DNA of 53,722 bases, the filler included, from Sphacelaria rigidula (Eukaryota), in NCBI GenBank assembly GCA_964200075.2. It is 5 parts of 5 records of this genome, joined end to end, with 100 filler letters (N's around TTAATTAATTAA, not from the genome) between each part and the next. Parts side by side here need not be neighbours in the genome. Positions count along the whole stretch, not along the records: positions 1 to 10,666 come from CAXNAA020006115.1; positions 10,767 to 21,431 come from CAXNAA020006116.1; 3 more parts are not named here. One strand, written 5' to 3'. The notes under the pieces are model-generated. The model saw only the letters and a list, made by a program, of their open reading frames with translations, was not told where the DNA came from and searched no databases. Position 1 is the first letter of the stretch. Every line of letters begins with the position of its first letter. Below, one piece after another: positions 1 through 12,310 of this stretch. A program made the translations under genes and the position numbers.

Positions 1-99
1 GACGTTCACAGCCGTTTGACATAGTGGCTTTGGCGCTGGTCAGTTTCACCAGTCACTCCGAAATCTGTGAGTGTGGCTTCTCGGCTTTTGCGTAGTCGG

Positions 100-790
100 A
101 TTGCCGTGGTCAGTGGAAGTGCCCGACACCGGGCACGTTGACAACGATTACTTTTGCACATCTCATCAGTCGTCTACCTGCTGTACTGCTGTGTATGACT
201 GTATATGACCCATGATGAACAACCGCCGCGGTTAAACAGCTAAACCCTTTGACGGCGGAGCCAGTCATCTGTTGAATCGACATCAATTTCACCTGAAAAT
301 GTATGCTTGATTGCGATGACCGATGCTTGCAGTCAAAGGGTCAACCCTTTGACCGCGAGGTTAGGTCACCTGCTGAATCGGCATCAATTTCACTGGGAAA
401 CGTCTTATGATCCAGATGGACTACCCGCATCGCGGTCTGAGGGTTAACCCTGTGACCGTAGTCAGATAGCCGTGGTCGGCGGTGGTGCGCGACGCCACGC
501 ATGTTGACAGCAATCTCTTCTGCACACCATTTCAGTCACTTACTTGCTGTACCGCTTTGTATGACTGTATGACCCATGAACAACCGCCGCGGTCACGCGG
601 TTAACCCTTTGACGGCGAGAGTAGGTCCTCTGTTGAATTGGCATCAATTCCACCTGAAAAAGTATTATTGATTCCGATAACCGACCCGGTCACCTGCTGA
701 ATCACGATTAATTTCACTGGGGAAAGTATGCGTGATCCAGATGGACTACCCGCATCGCGGTCTGAGGGTCAACCCTTTGACCGTCAGGGT
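100..790 (+). repeat. Diverged ~365-bp tandem duplication
   Basis: ~100-460 aligns by eye with ~465-790 (GCCGTGGTC...GTTGACA...CTGTA...TGTATGACTGTAT...GACCCATGA...ACAACCGCCGCGG, then a MITE pair). Confidence 0.75.
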
Positions 791-1251
791 AGGCCATCTG
801 GGCCATTGACGATTCAATAAATGATCTATTATATGTGGTAGCGGTCACAGCATCAGATTATTTCCCATTATTATTAACCCTTTGGGGACCGGATTCTCAG
901 AAGCATGCGGTTTGCACGCAGCGGCCTTTTTGTGAATCAGCAACGTTTTTACTTAAAAACGAGTGAAAATGACGCCGATTCACAAAAAGGCCCCTGAGTG
1001 CAAACTCTACATTTTTCTGGGGATCCGGTCCCGAAAGAATTGGCCCTTTGACGGCGAGGGTAGGTCAGCTGCTGAATTGCCATCAATTTCACTTGAAAAA
1101 GTATGCGTTATCCAGATGGGCTACCCGCCTCGCGGTCTAAGGGTTGACCCTTAGACCGCGAGGGTAGTCCATATCTGGATCATGCATACTTTTTTCAAGT
1201 GAAATTGATGACGACTCAACAGATGACCTACCCTCGCCGTTGAAGGGTTAA
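241..1251. mobile_element. Cluster of ~100-bp piggyBac-type MITEs (family 1), about six full or partial copies in tandem
   Basis: Repeated unit CCCTTTGACCGCGAGGGTAGGTCATCTGTTGAATCGGCATCAATTTCAC...GATCCAGATGGACTACC...CGCGGTCT(G/A)AGGG at ~245-340, 345-443, 605-768 (two partial copies), 1044-1143 and, inverted, 1148-1247. Copies are separated by TTAA/TCAA/TTGA. TTAA-CCCT...AGGG-TTAA ends are the piggyBac signature. Confidence 0.75.
878..1039. mobile_element. Hairpin MITE, piggyBac-like family 2
   Basis: Follows TTAA (874-877). The left arm CCCTTTGGGGACCGGATTCTCAGAA...GGCCTTTTTGTGAATC is complementary to the right arm GATTCACAAAAAGGCC...TTCTGGGGATCCGGTCCCGAAAG. Confidence 0.65.
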
Positions 1252-1276
1252 CACGACACATGCACCAGCACACTAC

Positions 1277-1586
1277 TCGTATCAACGTTTTGGTGATTTT
1301 GAGAGTAGAGCGCTGATTGAGAGCAAATTTGATCAGTCGCTTCAAATTAGCCAATTATTCATTCCGTGTGTGTGATGTCCTTTCCCTCCATCACTGGCGT
1401 GTGCTTACAGCTACACGTCGATATCCTACTCAGGGATGTCATGGGCCTCAGTGCCAAGCTACTACAGAAGGCATACTGGACCTCGTGTACGGGCATTTCA
1501 GAACTGATACGAAGCATTCACTGATTGACCGATTTTCACTCTCAATCGCATCCTCTACTCTCAATATCACGAAAACACTGTTTCGT
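1277..1586. repeat. Inverted-repeat (MITE-like) element with ~70-bp arms
   Basis: GTTTTGGTGATTTTGAGAGTAGAG...ATTGAGAG (1277-1343) is the imperfect reverse complement of CTCTCAATCGCATCCTCTACTCTCAATATCACGAAAAC (1511-1586). Confidence 0.6.
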
Positions 1587-1946
1587 ATATCCACGCATCT
1601 ATATCCGAGCGCACCGAGCAAGCCATGGCCACTGCGCTCTTGGGGACAGTAAAAGAGTCGTACAGAGAGATGAAGCAAAAATGGAACAGTACTACAGTAC
1701 ACACGCAGTTGCAAATAGTGTAGTGGTGTACTATGTTCGAACATCTAATTGCCAGAGAATGAAATTTGTCGCGTTGAATTAAATGATGTAATCCACTAGT
1801 CGTTTTCTGCGTCACGAAGGGCGTTTTGTTTTCTCAAGTACCCGGGAGCAGCTGTGATTTGGTGCCGAACACATGGGGCATACCTTTCGATATATGTACA
1901 AGGAGTTCAGCCACGAACCAAAGCTTGAACGGAATCGTTCAATCGT

Positions 1947-2453
1947 TTGACCGCGAGGGTAGGTAGGTCATCTGGCTATGATAACATGTTTGCCAGATTC
2001 AGAACGGATTTTGCTTTCGGAACGGGAGGTTTTTCGTCATTTATAACAACAAGGCGGTCTAATCGCCCGGAACGGCCGTCACCCCCCTGAAGGCCCGTGA
2101 TCTGAAGGGAGTTGAGCGCAATCAGATTTAAAATCGCGGTGGTGCCTTACGTGAGATACGGCTGAAATGTGCATTTGTTTCCTAACCTAATTTGGACACA
2201 TTTTCCCTTGTAACTCTGTACTGACCATGTCTATTTCAAATATTCTCGCACCACAATTTCCGTCAGATAACGGGCTTTCAGCGGGGTGACGGCCGTTTCG
2301 GACGATCCGACCGCGTTGGTGTCAATCACGGAAAACCTTCCGTTCCGGAAAAAAACCCAACTATTATCACAAACATGTTGTTCTATGTTTTCATTTTCCA
2401 AGTAAATTTGATGCTGATCAAACACATGACCTATCTATGCTCGTGGTCAAAGG
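1947..2453. mobile_element. ~510-bp foldback element with family-1 MITE-like ends
   Basis: Ends TTTGACCGCGAGGGTAGGTAGGTCAT and ATGACCTATCTATGCTCGTGGTCAAA are inverted. The internal ~100-bp arms at 2015-2120 and 2250-2350 (CGGCCGTCACCCC.CTGAA.GCCCGT) are also inverted. Confidence 0.65.
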
Positions 2454-5227
2454 TTTGATATTGGGAACACGTGGAGTACTGTAGATCACTCTACTGTTGT
2501 TACTCGTGACGGCGTTTGGCGTGATTTCTCCTCTGAAGATGGAGCAAATGCTTTGCGGAATTTCTACTTGGTGGTGTTTGCTTCCGTCTCAGGTGTTTCC
2601 GACCGTTTGTTTGGATGGTGGGTGTTGTTGCGAAATGTGCATCGTCTTTGGCACTGAAGAAACTCTGGTGATACAAGAACCACAACTGTACTGTATTGGC
2701 ACGTAACTGATGTGCGGTAATAATGGGTCACGAAATTGTCGCGCGAAAATTCAAGCGAAATTTTATCAGGGGTATCAACATAATTTCTCCAAAAAAGCCG
2801 TACGTAGTACTGATACAATTTGCTAGGCGATTCAGCGCCATTTTCCCCCAGGGTACAAAAGTAGCACGAGTAGTTTGAGGCTTTGCCGATTGTCACATTC
2901 CGAGAAGTCTTCAGGGGCTTTTTCGAGAGGGTTCCAGCGCCCTTTCCGACCTTTTCGTACATCCACTTTGACTTTTAGCCGATAATTTTAGCCTTTTTTG
3001 ATCACTTGCGAAACCGTTCTCGTGGACTGGTCGACAAATTATTCATCCGGCCAAAAGTCGAACCGGGCGCACGAAAATTAAAAAAAGTGGGCCATAATCC
3101 TCCCAGAGAGTACAGTGGCAATTCTTCATGAGGTGGCATAATCCACCGAACCACGTATGCCAGCGGAAATCGGCACTGAATCATCAAACAGGCTTTTTTG
3201 GAGAGATTGTTCGTTGGACACGAGCAAGCGACTTCATACGATTCACCCATCTCTCGCTTCCATGCCAAGCAACGACCGCGCGGAGTGAACAATATGGTAT
3301 TGCCTGCACGTGTATGTCGGTCCGAGCTAGAATCAATATAATCTTCTTGACCTCCCTGTGAAACGGCGAGGCAGTCGGAAAGGCCACGGTGCCATTGACC
3401 CGTAGCTATGCACTGGAATTATCGATCAAAATAGAGAGGTTTCGGGGGAAACAAATTCTGAGCATATTCGTAGTGCAGAATGGAAGCATTACAACTTCAC
3501 TTCATATTGGAAGATGATATGACGTGGCTTGACGTGGATTTGTTCGGTCGCAGTGATCAGCCGCAGGTTCTACCTACTCATGAGTACTTCGAAAACAGAC
3601 GTATGGACCAATGCGCATCGGTACAGGGGAGTTACGATAGCGCATCTACTGCGTTGTTGAAATTGCTACGGTCACCACACAGTGCTGCTACTGAGAGGAG
3701 TCAAGGTACATTCCAGTGCGGTGCAGTAGAGTACAGTGCAATGCAAGCTCGATAGTAGACTGCCGCGGCACAAATGGATCAAAGTGGGGTATGTACTGTA
3801 GCAGACAGTAGCTACAGAGGAGCATATGACTGTACAAGTAGTACGGTGCACAAGTGCATGCAGTGGTAATTACACTACGTCCAAGTGAATAACAGGGCAA
3901 CCCGCAAGTACCCGACGTCGCATCATGGTGTCACCCTAAATCACGGCAGGCTTCGCTGGATTCATCAGCAGTACAGCACTGCCTCTGTGTAATTTCCCAA
4001 CGTTTTTTTATTTTTATTTTGGGGAGTTAAGCAGACCATGACTCTGAAACAGATAAATGCCCTATACTTAAATCAAGTTGCGCACGTCAATGCACATGTT
4101 ACCCCGCGGGCGAGGAGCCCTGCTGGCAGGTAACTTTTGCAACTAGATGGGGTTCATGTTTTTCGCTGGCAGGTTGTCTTATTTCGCTTGCACGGGCAGT
4201 TCTACGCCCGCTGTGCGATCGCCAAACCCACAGGCATCCTCTTTTTAGGATCCCATTTTTATTTTAGAATATCGAATCATCTGCAAATCATAGGTTCAGC
4301 ACCGAACACTCCACGTTATCCTTTGCCTTGGAAAACGCTCCATTGAGCGGGGGCGCGAAGCGCCAAAAACCTTGTATAAATTATGTGTTATGTGTATCCG
4401 CATTCCGAGTTCCGGCACGCAGGTGCAACAGTCACGATGCCTGACAGCGCAGCATTCCTCCGAAGTCCGACGCACCAGCGGCCAGTATTCCTCCGTTCAC
4501 GCTCTCCCGTTTTTCGGGGGGGAATTTGCCCTGTATCCGCGGAATTTACTCTGAGACCGGCGATTTCCCTAGCCACCATAATCTCACTATTCCCTTCTCA
4601 GAATTACAGCAACCTGGTTCCGTGGCACTCTCCACTTCTTTCTCCTCCTGGGAATTTAACGCGCGGAACCTCCAACAGCAGTGATGTCCCAAGCCGTTTG
4701 ACTCTTCCTTCATGAAAATCTAACGTACCTTATTTTCCCGGCACCAGTGACTCACTCTTCACCCGTCAATGCAACGGAACCTACATGCCTCTCCGGTACC
4801 AGTGACGTTCTCAGCCGTTTGACGCCCCCTTTCGTGCCAGTGACTTACCACTGTTTATTTTTACTTGAAGGAGACCTGAAAATGATGATTCCTATTTAAC
4901 AAGAGGCGGCCAAAGGGTTCAATTTCGTCGTCAGTTCCTCTCTCTATGATATATCCAAATCTTTGATAGACTGACCCAACGACACTCTAACCCTAACTCC
5001 AACCGTAACCCACCGATGAAGGCAGATGGTAAACAGTCGGGCACCAGACACTTCCTGCGATAGCTTCCCCCACCATCAAATCCAGCCTAAACCTTTCACG
5101 AAGAAAAGGGGTAATACAGCGCCTGATGTTTGATTTCAGGCTGCATGAAGCGCTTTATACGGGCGACATTGGCGAAAACGAACCCAAGCGTGGGACTTTC
5201 CAGCCGTTCATTGTGCTCGGCTTGCCT

Positions 5228-5660
5228 ATTTTTCAAGTGAAAATTATGCCGATTCCACAAATCAGCTGCTCGTTGTGCTCAGCTTCTTTCATTTCGATTT
5301 ACGTGGAGATTTTGTCTCTCCAAAGCAGCCACTTTGGGGGGGGGGAGCTATCGCAGAAAATGTCAACGAGACTATTCTATGGCTCTTGTAGTCACACGGT
5401 GCTTTGTCCTACGGCGCCAATGCCGACCCTTCAACCGCCGGTGGTGTTCATTTATTTATGGAACCGGCCTGATTCTAATCCATCTTTCAAAGTGAAAATG
5501 ATGTCAATTCCACACATCAGCTGCTCGTTGTGTTCGGCTTCTTTCATTCCGATTTACGGGTAGATCTTGTCTCTTCAAACCAGCCACTTTGTGTGTGTGT
5601 GGGGGGGCTATTGAGGCAAAAGTCACTCAGGAAACCCATTACTAAATGAATTTGTGGAAT
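5228..5660 (+). repeat. Direct duplication of a ~140-bp segment related to the MITE family-1 core
   Basis: TTTCAAGTGAAAAT.ATG.C.ATTCCACA.ATCAGCTGCTCGTTGTG.TC.GCTTCTTTCATT.CGATTTACG...CAGCCACTTTG occurs at ~5230 and ~5485. Confidence 0.7.
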
Positions 5661-5915
5661 CGGCATCATTTTCAGGCCCTTTTCAAGAAATAATGATGGT
5701 AATTCTACAAATGAACACTTCAGGCGCTCGAGGGGTTTGCCAGAAGCTGGTGGTCTGGCGGAGCATGTGTCGTTGAGCACGATAACAGAGAGTTCTTCAG
5801 TGCAGCATGCGACTCCTATCCCCTGAGCCGTGGTGTCTTCTGTGATCTTTGGTTCTACGTACGACCGGTACAGATCACATTGTCTTCTGCGAAGTAAAGT
5901 GATGCCGGTTTGCAT

Positions 5916-6400
5916 TAATCTCTGGGCCGCGAGAGTATTCCATCTGGATCATCCATTATTTTTTTCAGTGAAATTGATGCTGATTCAACAGATGACCTAC
6001 TCTCGCCGTCTATAATAAGGATAATAACCGTTACACCGCGAAGGGTAGTCCATCTAGACAATTCAAACTTTTCTCAAGTGAAATTGATGCCGATTGAACA
6101 AATGACCTACTCTCGCCTTCCAAGGGTTCATGTAACGAAAACCCGTCAGGGATGCAAGAAGCAGGCTGCTAGATAACCCAAAGTGTTGGGTACGTGGGTG
6201 GAGGGGTAAAACATTTTACTGATGTAGATGAGTAGGGGGTTCGAGCCCGGCTACACTGGATTGCGCAGCTCGTTTTCCCCTACTCCTCCAAACACGAGAC
6301 AACGCAGTAGGGGTAGTGACTAACCCTTGGACAGCAAGAGTAGGTCATCTGTTGAATCGGCATCAACATCAACTGGGAGAAGAAAACATGATCCATGGCC
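5916..6400. mobile_element. Three further degenerate family-1 piggyBac-type MITE copies
   Basis: GTGAAATTGATGC.GATT.AACA.ATGACCTACTCTCGCC at ~5968 and ~6078 (one orientation); AGTAGGTCATCTGTTGAATCGGCATCAA at ~6339 (opposite orientation). Confidence 0.7.
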
Positions 6401-7429
6401 TATAATATTCCGTGGGAAACTTCCAAAACAGATATAGTTGGCTTGTGAGCGTTCCGGCTCTTATTATGGGAGTAGGCCCCCACCAAGTGTCCAACCCCCC
6501 ACCCCCCCCCCCCCCCCCCCCCCCCCGCCCGTCGACCTCCTCAACCGGGAAATAAACCTTNNNNNNNNNNGGGGAAACTTCAAAAAAAAAGAAGTTGGCT
6601 TTGTGGGCGTTCCCCCCCTTTTTTGGGGGGGAGCCCCCCCCCAAGTGCCCCCCCCCCCCCCCCCCCCCCGAGGCCACCCTCGGATGTCCATGCACCGTCA
6701 GCTTGTGAAATTGTTTCCAGGCGACGCTCGCTGTCGCAGGGTTAATACCATAGTTTATGGCAGTCACCGGTCTCGATTTTCACGCAGATCGGGGGGAGAA
6801 AATCGGGGAAGGCATTTTATGGACCCCGGTTTGGGAAAAATCATGGTGTCACGAGTTCAGAACTATCTCCCCCGTTTTTTGATCGGGGGAAATCTGATAT
6901 ATTTGCGACCGCAGCAGAAGACAGTCTCGTGACAACGCAGTGCGTGCCTGCCCGCGCCAGCTGTTGCAGCAGCTTCGCACGGGGTTTGGCAAGTGGATAA
7001 TAAATGTTGATGACATACCCTCTGGCGATGGTAACATCTTATGCTGCACTGCGCTGCCATATGTATCTCTATACCGAACGGTACTGTACTCTCCTGGGCT
7101 GTTGTCGCTGTAGTTGTAGGGTGATGTATGGCACTGCACTACTGAACTCTTCTCGCGCACTGATTGCTTACTGTTCTCGCAATACCGACTGTGCCATCAT
7201 CATGTACCACCACACGGCATTATCATGCACTGTGATAATAGAGTGTCCTACATTGTACTACCCCAGTGTACCAAGGTACAACACTATACTCGAAGGATTA
7301 TTCATCGCTTGCCTGCTCTCCGGCTTCATGCACGAGTACGCAATACCACACTCGTGCAGAAAATGTTCGTCTGTGCACAGAACTACTTCACAAATCTATG
7401 ATACCGTCTGTACCATAAAGCGGTCCTCC

Positions 7430-8430
7430 CGATTTTGAGTTCGCGACTTTGAGATTCGTTTCCCTACGAATCGGTCTTATACATCGTCTCATCGACGGGC
7501 AACAGTGATTTCTATATATGTTCTTCATATTGTCCATGCTGTCATACTCCTTCCTAGGTCGCTCTTGGTTCTGCAGGATCCGTGTCTTCTGCGTCGCTGA
7601 CATTCTTTATTTTCGGTCGACTTTTGTCTACGTTGAAGGTTGAAATGGGTTCATTTTGGGCAGATATCTCAGACGGAGGATGGGCGGAGAATGACGGTTA
7701 TTCTTGTGTCCTGTACGATCACTTTCTTCTGCCTCGTTTCGATTCTTCACTGTCGTTCGGGGTTTGTCGTTTTTCTAAGGTTAAATACGTCAATTTCGCG
7801 TGAACGTCTCGGACGGAGAATGGGTGAAGCTTCACGGTTATCTTTTTCGTAGTGCAGGATCAGTGTCTTCTGCCTCGTTCCGATTATTTTTCGGTCGGGT
7901 TTTACCGCTATCGACAACGTTTGGAAGCCCAAAGAGGCAAAAAAAAGAGAACGAGTTATCTCTGAGTAATAGCTTTGTCTCATAAGAGTTCTCTCTGAAT
8001 CATATCTTCACCTCTCAGCAAATCTTCATGTGGGCGACGGCTGATGCCGGTAGCAACACTCCTCGTCACCCTTTGCCTTGGGAGACGCTCCATTGACCGG
8101 TGGCACGAAGCGCCAAAAACCTTGTACAGAATATACAGGTTACCTTTCGGCCTATTGGCAAGCCCTGCAGACACCTGCACTTTCGGTATTTTTCACTTGA
8201 TTTCAGAGTACATATCTTTCGGGGTCTCTTCGTTCTCTGAAGCTCTGAGAAGCCAGCATTCCCTCTTACATGATTTTAGAGTACAGCGAAATGGGGTCAT
8301 TTCGTTCTCTGAAACTCCAAGAAGAAGCCAGCGTTTCTTCTTACTTGATTCTAGAGTACACGTTTTCCCTATTAGCCTCTTCGCTTTCATTTCGCTAGAC
8401 ATTCCGGTTCTGCTTGGGTTTCGGGGGTAT
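7430..8430 (+). repeat. Degenerate short tandem/dispersed repeats, probably internal to a non-autonomous transposon
   Basis: GCAGGATC.GTGTCTTCTGC.TCG at ~7573 and ~7854. A ~75-bp unit GATT..AGAGTACA...TTCGTTCTCTGAA.CTC...GAAGCCAGC is repeated at ~8200, 8272 and 8347. Confidence 0.5.
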
Positions 8431-9552
8431 CGCTTTCCGGGCTGTATTTTGCATGGTGTTTTCATTTGTGTTCCATTTCATATGCGCTCCGGTTTTTTCA
8501 AGAACATATTTTTCGGGTCGTTTCTCAACTTCAGAACCATATTTGATCGTTCGAGATGCCACCTCTCCACCGCACAACGCACACAGGCCGTACTCAATCC
8601 TTTCACTCGTGGAACCGGCATCGTTTTCACTTGAGAACTGAAACGGCATTATGCTCAGTTTTTCCCCGAACATATCCGTTTGCTACTGTTCTTTTTTTCA
8701 AGAGCAATCTTGCATCATGAGCCGCGGACTTTCCCACATACAGTGTACAGGACAGAACGTCTCTGCCCGCGTGGCGCTGATTGGATGTGGCTTTGTGTGT
8801 GCTCTGTTCGTGTTCGCATGCTGTGGACAGCCATCTCTGTTTGCTACTGTTTTTTTCCCGAAAATATTTTTCCGGTCGTTTTTCAACTCGAGAGTCATTT
8901 TCAGGCGTCGGGCTCCAGTATATCTTCCTGGGCACCCGCCCACCCTCTCCTGTCCCCCCCCTCACTCAGCGCTCCCCATCAGCCATCGTCATAGCTTCAA
9001 GAGATAGTTTCGCTGCGACTCCGCCGACGAAACGAAAAACTGCTGCATATATACACGGAGAAGTTATCGGTCAGTGTGTCGTGTAAGGCTGTCACAAGGC
9101 AGACATCACACGTTACTGTGCGACTTTCGGCGACTGCTCCAATTACTCGAAGGCGGGTTGCAAATACAAATTTAGCATCCTGGCTAACCCGTCACCTTGC
9201 TGCACCTGCCTGGTGGACATCAAGCCGGGTGTGTTGTGCCTTGGAGTGCCCAACGCTAACGGAGAAAATAATCAATCTACGAGAAACCCAGGTTGATCGT
9301 GCTGTGCGTCGTCTTTCCTCTCTCCCTCATGTGTACTGTGTGCCGCACACCGCGTTTTATTGATATCTGTTTGCAGTACACCGCGTATACGCGCTTGACC
9401 CCATATCATGTTGGCGATGCAGATCTATTCCGCCTCTCGAAATAATTGTCCTCGATACTGGGTGTCAGACACTACCGTTGAATGGCGTCAGAAACGAGTT
9501 GTTGTCATGCGATGACTACGTGCCGTGACTGTCTGTATCCTCCTGTGCACAG

Positions 9553-10173
9553 CGTACGTGAATACGCACTTAAACTGGGGAGACTGCCTGGGGCACAAGG
9601 TACGACTGGGCAGGGACGGGAAAACGGCGTTTTAGTTCATCGACAAGGTGGAAGAGGAAGACAACCGAGTCGGGGTGAGTTCGCATAACTCTCGTTTTTC
9701 ACAAAATGTGGCTTCTCACTGGTGTTATCTATGAATCACTTTCTTCGCCCCATGGCTCCTTATTTCCTCTGTGGTTTTTCTGTTTGTTTCACGCTTGATA
9801 AGTCATTCTTTTTCACAGAATGTGATTTCTCACCGGTGTGTCGACTGTGCCTCTGCTGCAGACACTGCGCCATGAAGATCGAGAAGGGTCACGCCACAAT
9901 ACATATTTGTCTTTTGTACACAGTATCACTTTATTTTTTTCACGACGCCTTATTTGCTCCGTACTTGTTATGTGTGTTTGAACGCAGATCTACTGGACAC
10001 ACTGCAAAGAGGAAATCGACGAGGGACAGTACGTGATTTCCACGCGCCAGTCGGAAGCAGCGGTCCCACCAAGCGATCCCCTTCACGCGAAGGTCTGCGC
10101 TCGTGCTGTCTTCGACGACAACCAAGCCCAGTTCGTGGACATCATGCTGTTGGAGGGGCTGCCCTACGACAAG
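9553..10173 (+). pseudogene. Two spliceable exons of an unassigned gene with an in-frame TAG
   Basis: Exon 9553-9674 (cacag / gtgagt) reads YVNTHLNWGDCLGHKVRLGRDGKTAF*FIDKVEEEDNRVG. Exon 9988-10173 (cgcag / gt) reads IYWTHCKEEIDEGQYVISTRQ...FVDIMLLEGLPYDK. The junction is phase-compatible and codon usage is GC3-rich. Family not recognised. Confidence 0.45.
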
Positions 10174-10666
10174 GTAGTTTGTGGTGACCACCTTGTCGTA
10201 GGGCAGCCCCTCCAACAGCATGATGTCCACGAACTGGACTTGGTTGTCTTCGAAGACAGCACGAGCGCAGACCTTCGCGTGATGGGGATCGCTTGACGGG
10301 AGTGAGGCCGCTGCTTCCGGCTGGTACGTGGAAATCACGTACTGTCCCTCGTCGATTTCCTCTTTGCAGTGTGTACAGCAGATCTGCGTTCAAACACACA
10401 TAACAAGTACGGAGCAAATAAGGAATCGGGAAAAATATACAGAAGACAAATATGTATTGTGGCGTGACCCTTCTTGTATACAGTATCACTTTATTTTTAT
10501 CACGACTCCTTATTTGCTCCGTAAGTGCTATGTGTGTTTGAACGCAGATCTGCTGGACACACTGCAAAGAGGAAATCGACGAGGGACAGTACGTGATTTT
10601 CACGTACCAGTCGGAAGCAGCGGCCCCACTCCCGTCAAGCGATCCCCATCACGCGAAGGTCTGCGC
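9882..10666. repeat. Forward-inverted-forward triplication of an exon-bearing segment
   Basis: 9948-10175 and 10190-10423 are near-perfect inverted copies around a 14-nt loop. 10441-10474 mirrors 9882-9913. 10473-10666 is a third, direct copy that ends at the scaffold end. Confidence 0.9.
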
Positions 10667-10766
10667 NNNNNNNNNNNNNNNNNNNNNNNNNNNNNNNNNN
10701 NNNNNNNNNNTTAATTAATTAANNNNNNNNNNNNNNNNNNNNNNNNNNNNNNNNNNNNNNNNNNNN
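10667..10766. other. Artificial 100-nt scaffold linker (N44-TTAATTAATTAA-N44)
   Basis: The same linker appears four times; the 12-mer gives stops in all six frames. Confidence 0.95.
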
Positions 10767-10920
10767 AGCACACCACGGCGCTTCGCGCTTGGTGGTTTGG
10801 GTGCAAGCCTGGTCCAGCGAAAACCCGGCGCGCTCCGTCCCGGCTTTGTAGGGCTGCGAGGTCAATGATCTTCTGACTATGGCACGTATGATCATGAGTA
10901 CACCCCTCTCTCCATCTCTG
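10767..10920 (-). repeat. Dispersed repeat shared with 21388-21431, 42380-42535 and 42915-42959
   Basis: Core TACAAAGCCGGGACGGAGC.CGCCGGGTT.TCGC.GGACCAGGCT in all four copies. The flank CATGATCAT...GCCATAGTC and ACCAAGCGCGAAGC.CCGTGGTGTG is shared with 42400-42530. Confidence 0.85.
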
Positions 10921-12310
10921 CACCGCACCGCACCGTAGCTAGACGTCGGCAATACCCCATGGCCAAGTGTGCTGTGTAGACACCCCCCGCAACACATCTC
11001 CCGACCGGCGCCGGCCGTGCATGACTTGCTGGTTGACTATGAGTTCGACGGCAGTCCACGCAGTTGAGTAGTTGTCGATGGATCCATATCGCCCGCGAAG
11101 TGCATCTGGCCTCCGGCGCCGAAACGTAGCTCCCGATTATTTTCGGAACCCACTGCCCCTGCCGGGATCCACATGTCTCTGCCGCACGAAAACGCGGCCC
11201 CGCCGGTCCCTCCATTTCGAAACCGCCCCCAGATGTATTGCCACCGTTTGGACCGAGTAGTGGCCATGTTGAGCGACGTCGGCTGTCGCCAAGTTGAGGT
11301 GCACTGTCCTGCAGGCGGCGAACTTGACCGGCCTGTCGGGATGGCTACTGCAGCTGGTTTCCTGATACACCTGGCCCCATGTAGGATAAGGGGACGACCG
11401 TTCGCTGCGCGGATCTTGTAGTCTGGAAATGGCGCGCTGGTCTGTCGCTTTGTTATGGAAGTGACGTCCTCGCTCCAACTAGTGTTCTGTTTTTGTCTGA
11501 GCATGACTAGTATTTTGTACCGTACGTATCTCCACCTTACGTGCGAGGGCTGCCATGCTGATTTTTTTTTCTCTCGGTCGGGAAGTGACAGATTTGGCTT
11601 GCGGGTGGATCCCAGCCCCCAGTCATAGACGCATGGGCCTTCGACTATTTATGTTAATTGCGTTGTATTTGCATGTCAACGCCCCTTTGATGTTTTCCCA
11701 GGCATGTCTTCTGCACAGGGCTATCTAGTACTGCGCATAGATGATCACCTATCTGTGGAAAGATGCAAATCACCATCAATCAATCACACAGGTGCCCCGC
11801 GTCAACCAACTTTATCTGAGACGGAAAAACGAAACACAATTCTGAGCTCGGTACAGCTAGCACTGAGCAGTGAAGCAACGTCTCAAAACTTGCAGGCTTC
11901 ATGGCACTCTCCCGCCTTCACTTTCACTTGCATAGCCTTGGAAATTGCTCATGCCGTCATTCTCACCTAGACATCAACCAAAGAATGTCGATGTCACCGA
12001 CTGGAATCAAGAGCTAACTCAGATAAACAAACAACAAATGCGGAGTAGGGGCTGAAGGATCTCGTATTGTAGAAAACAGGACAAGTTATAAGCACCGTAT
12101 GACTACTGTGCACATTCATGTTTTCAAGAGTATAACGCATCAAGCAAACGAAAAAATATACTTCGCATACAGCAGAAAAAGATCAAAGTCTAGAACCACT
12201 TCCCGCGTTCAACAACTCCCATCGCCCATCATATTATCATCCTTCGTGACAAACGCAACATTTAACAAGCATCCAGTCTCGGCATCGATGAGAGCGTCGC
12301 GTGTCATCAG

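Noticed and set aside
4985..5012. Telomere-like CCCTAA repeats
   Set aside because: Only about four degenerate units, internal; not significant.
6438..6932. Proline/glycine-rich ORFs (also 51376-51847)
   Set aside because: They arise from poly-C/poly-G runs around N10 gaps, probably low-quality sequence.
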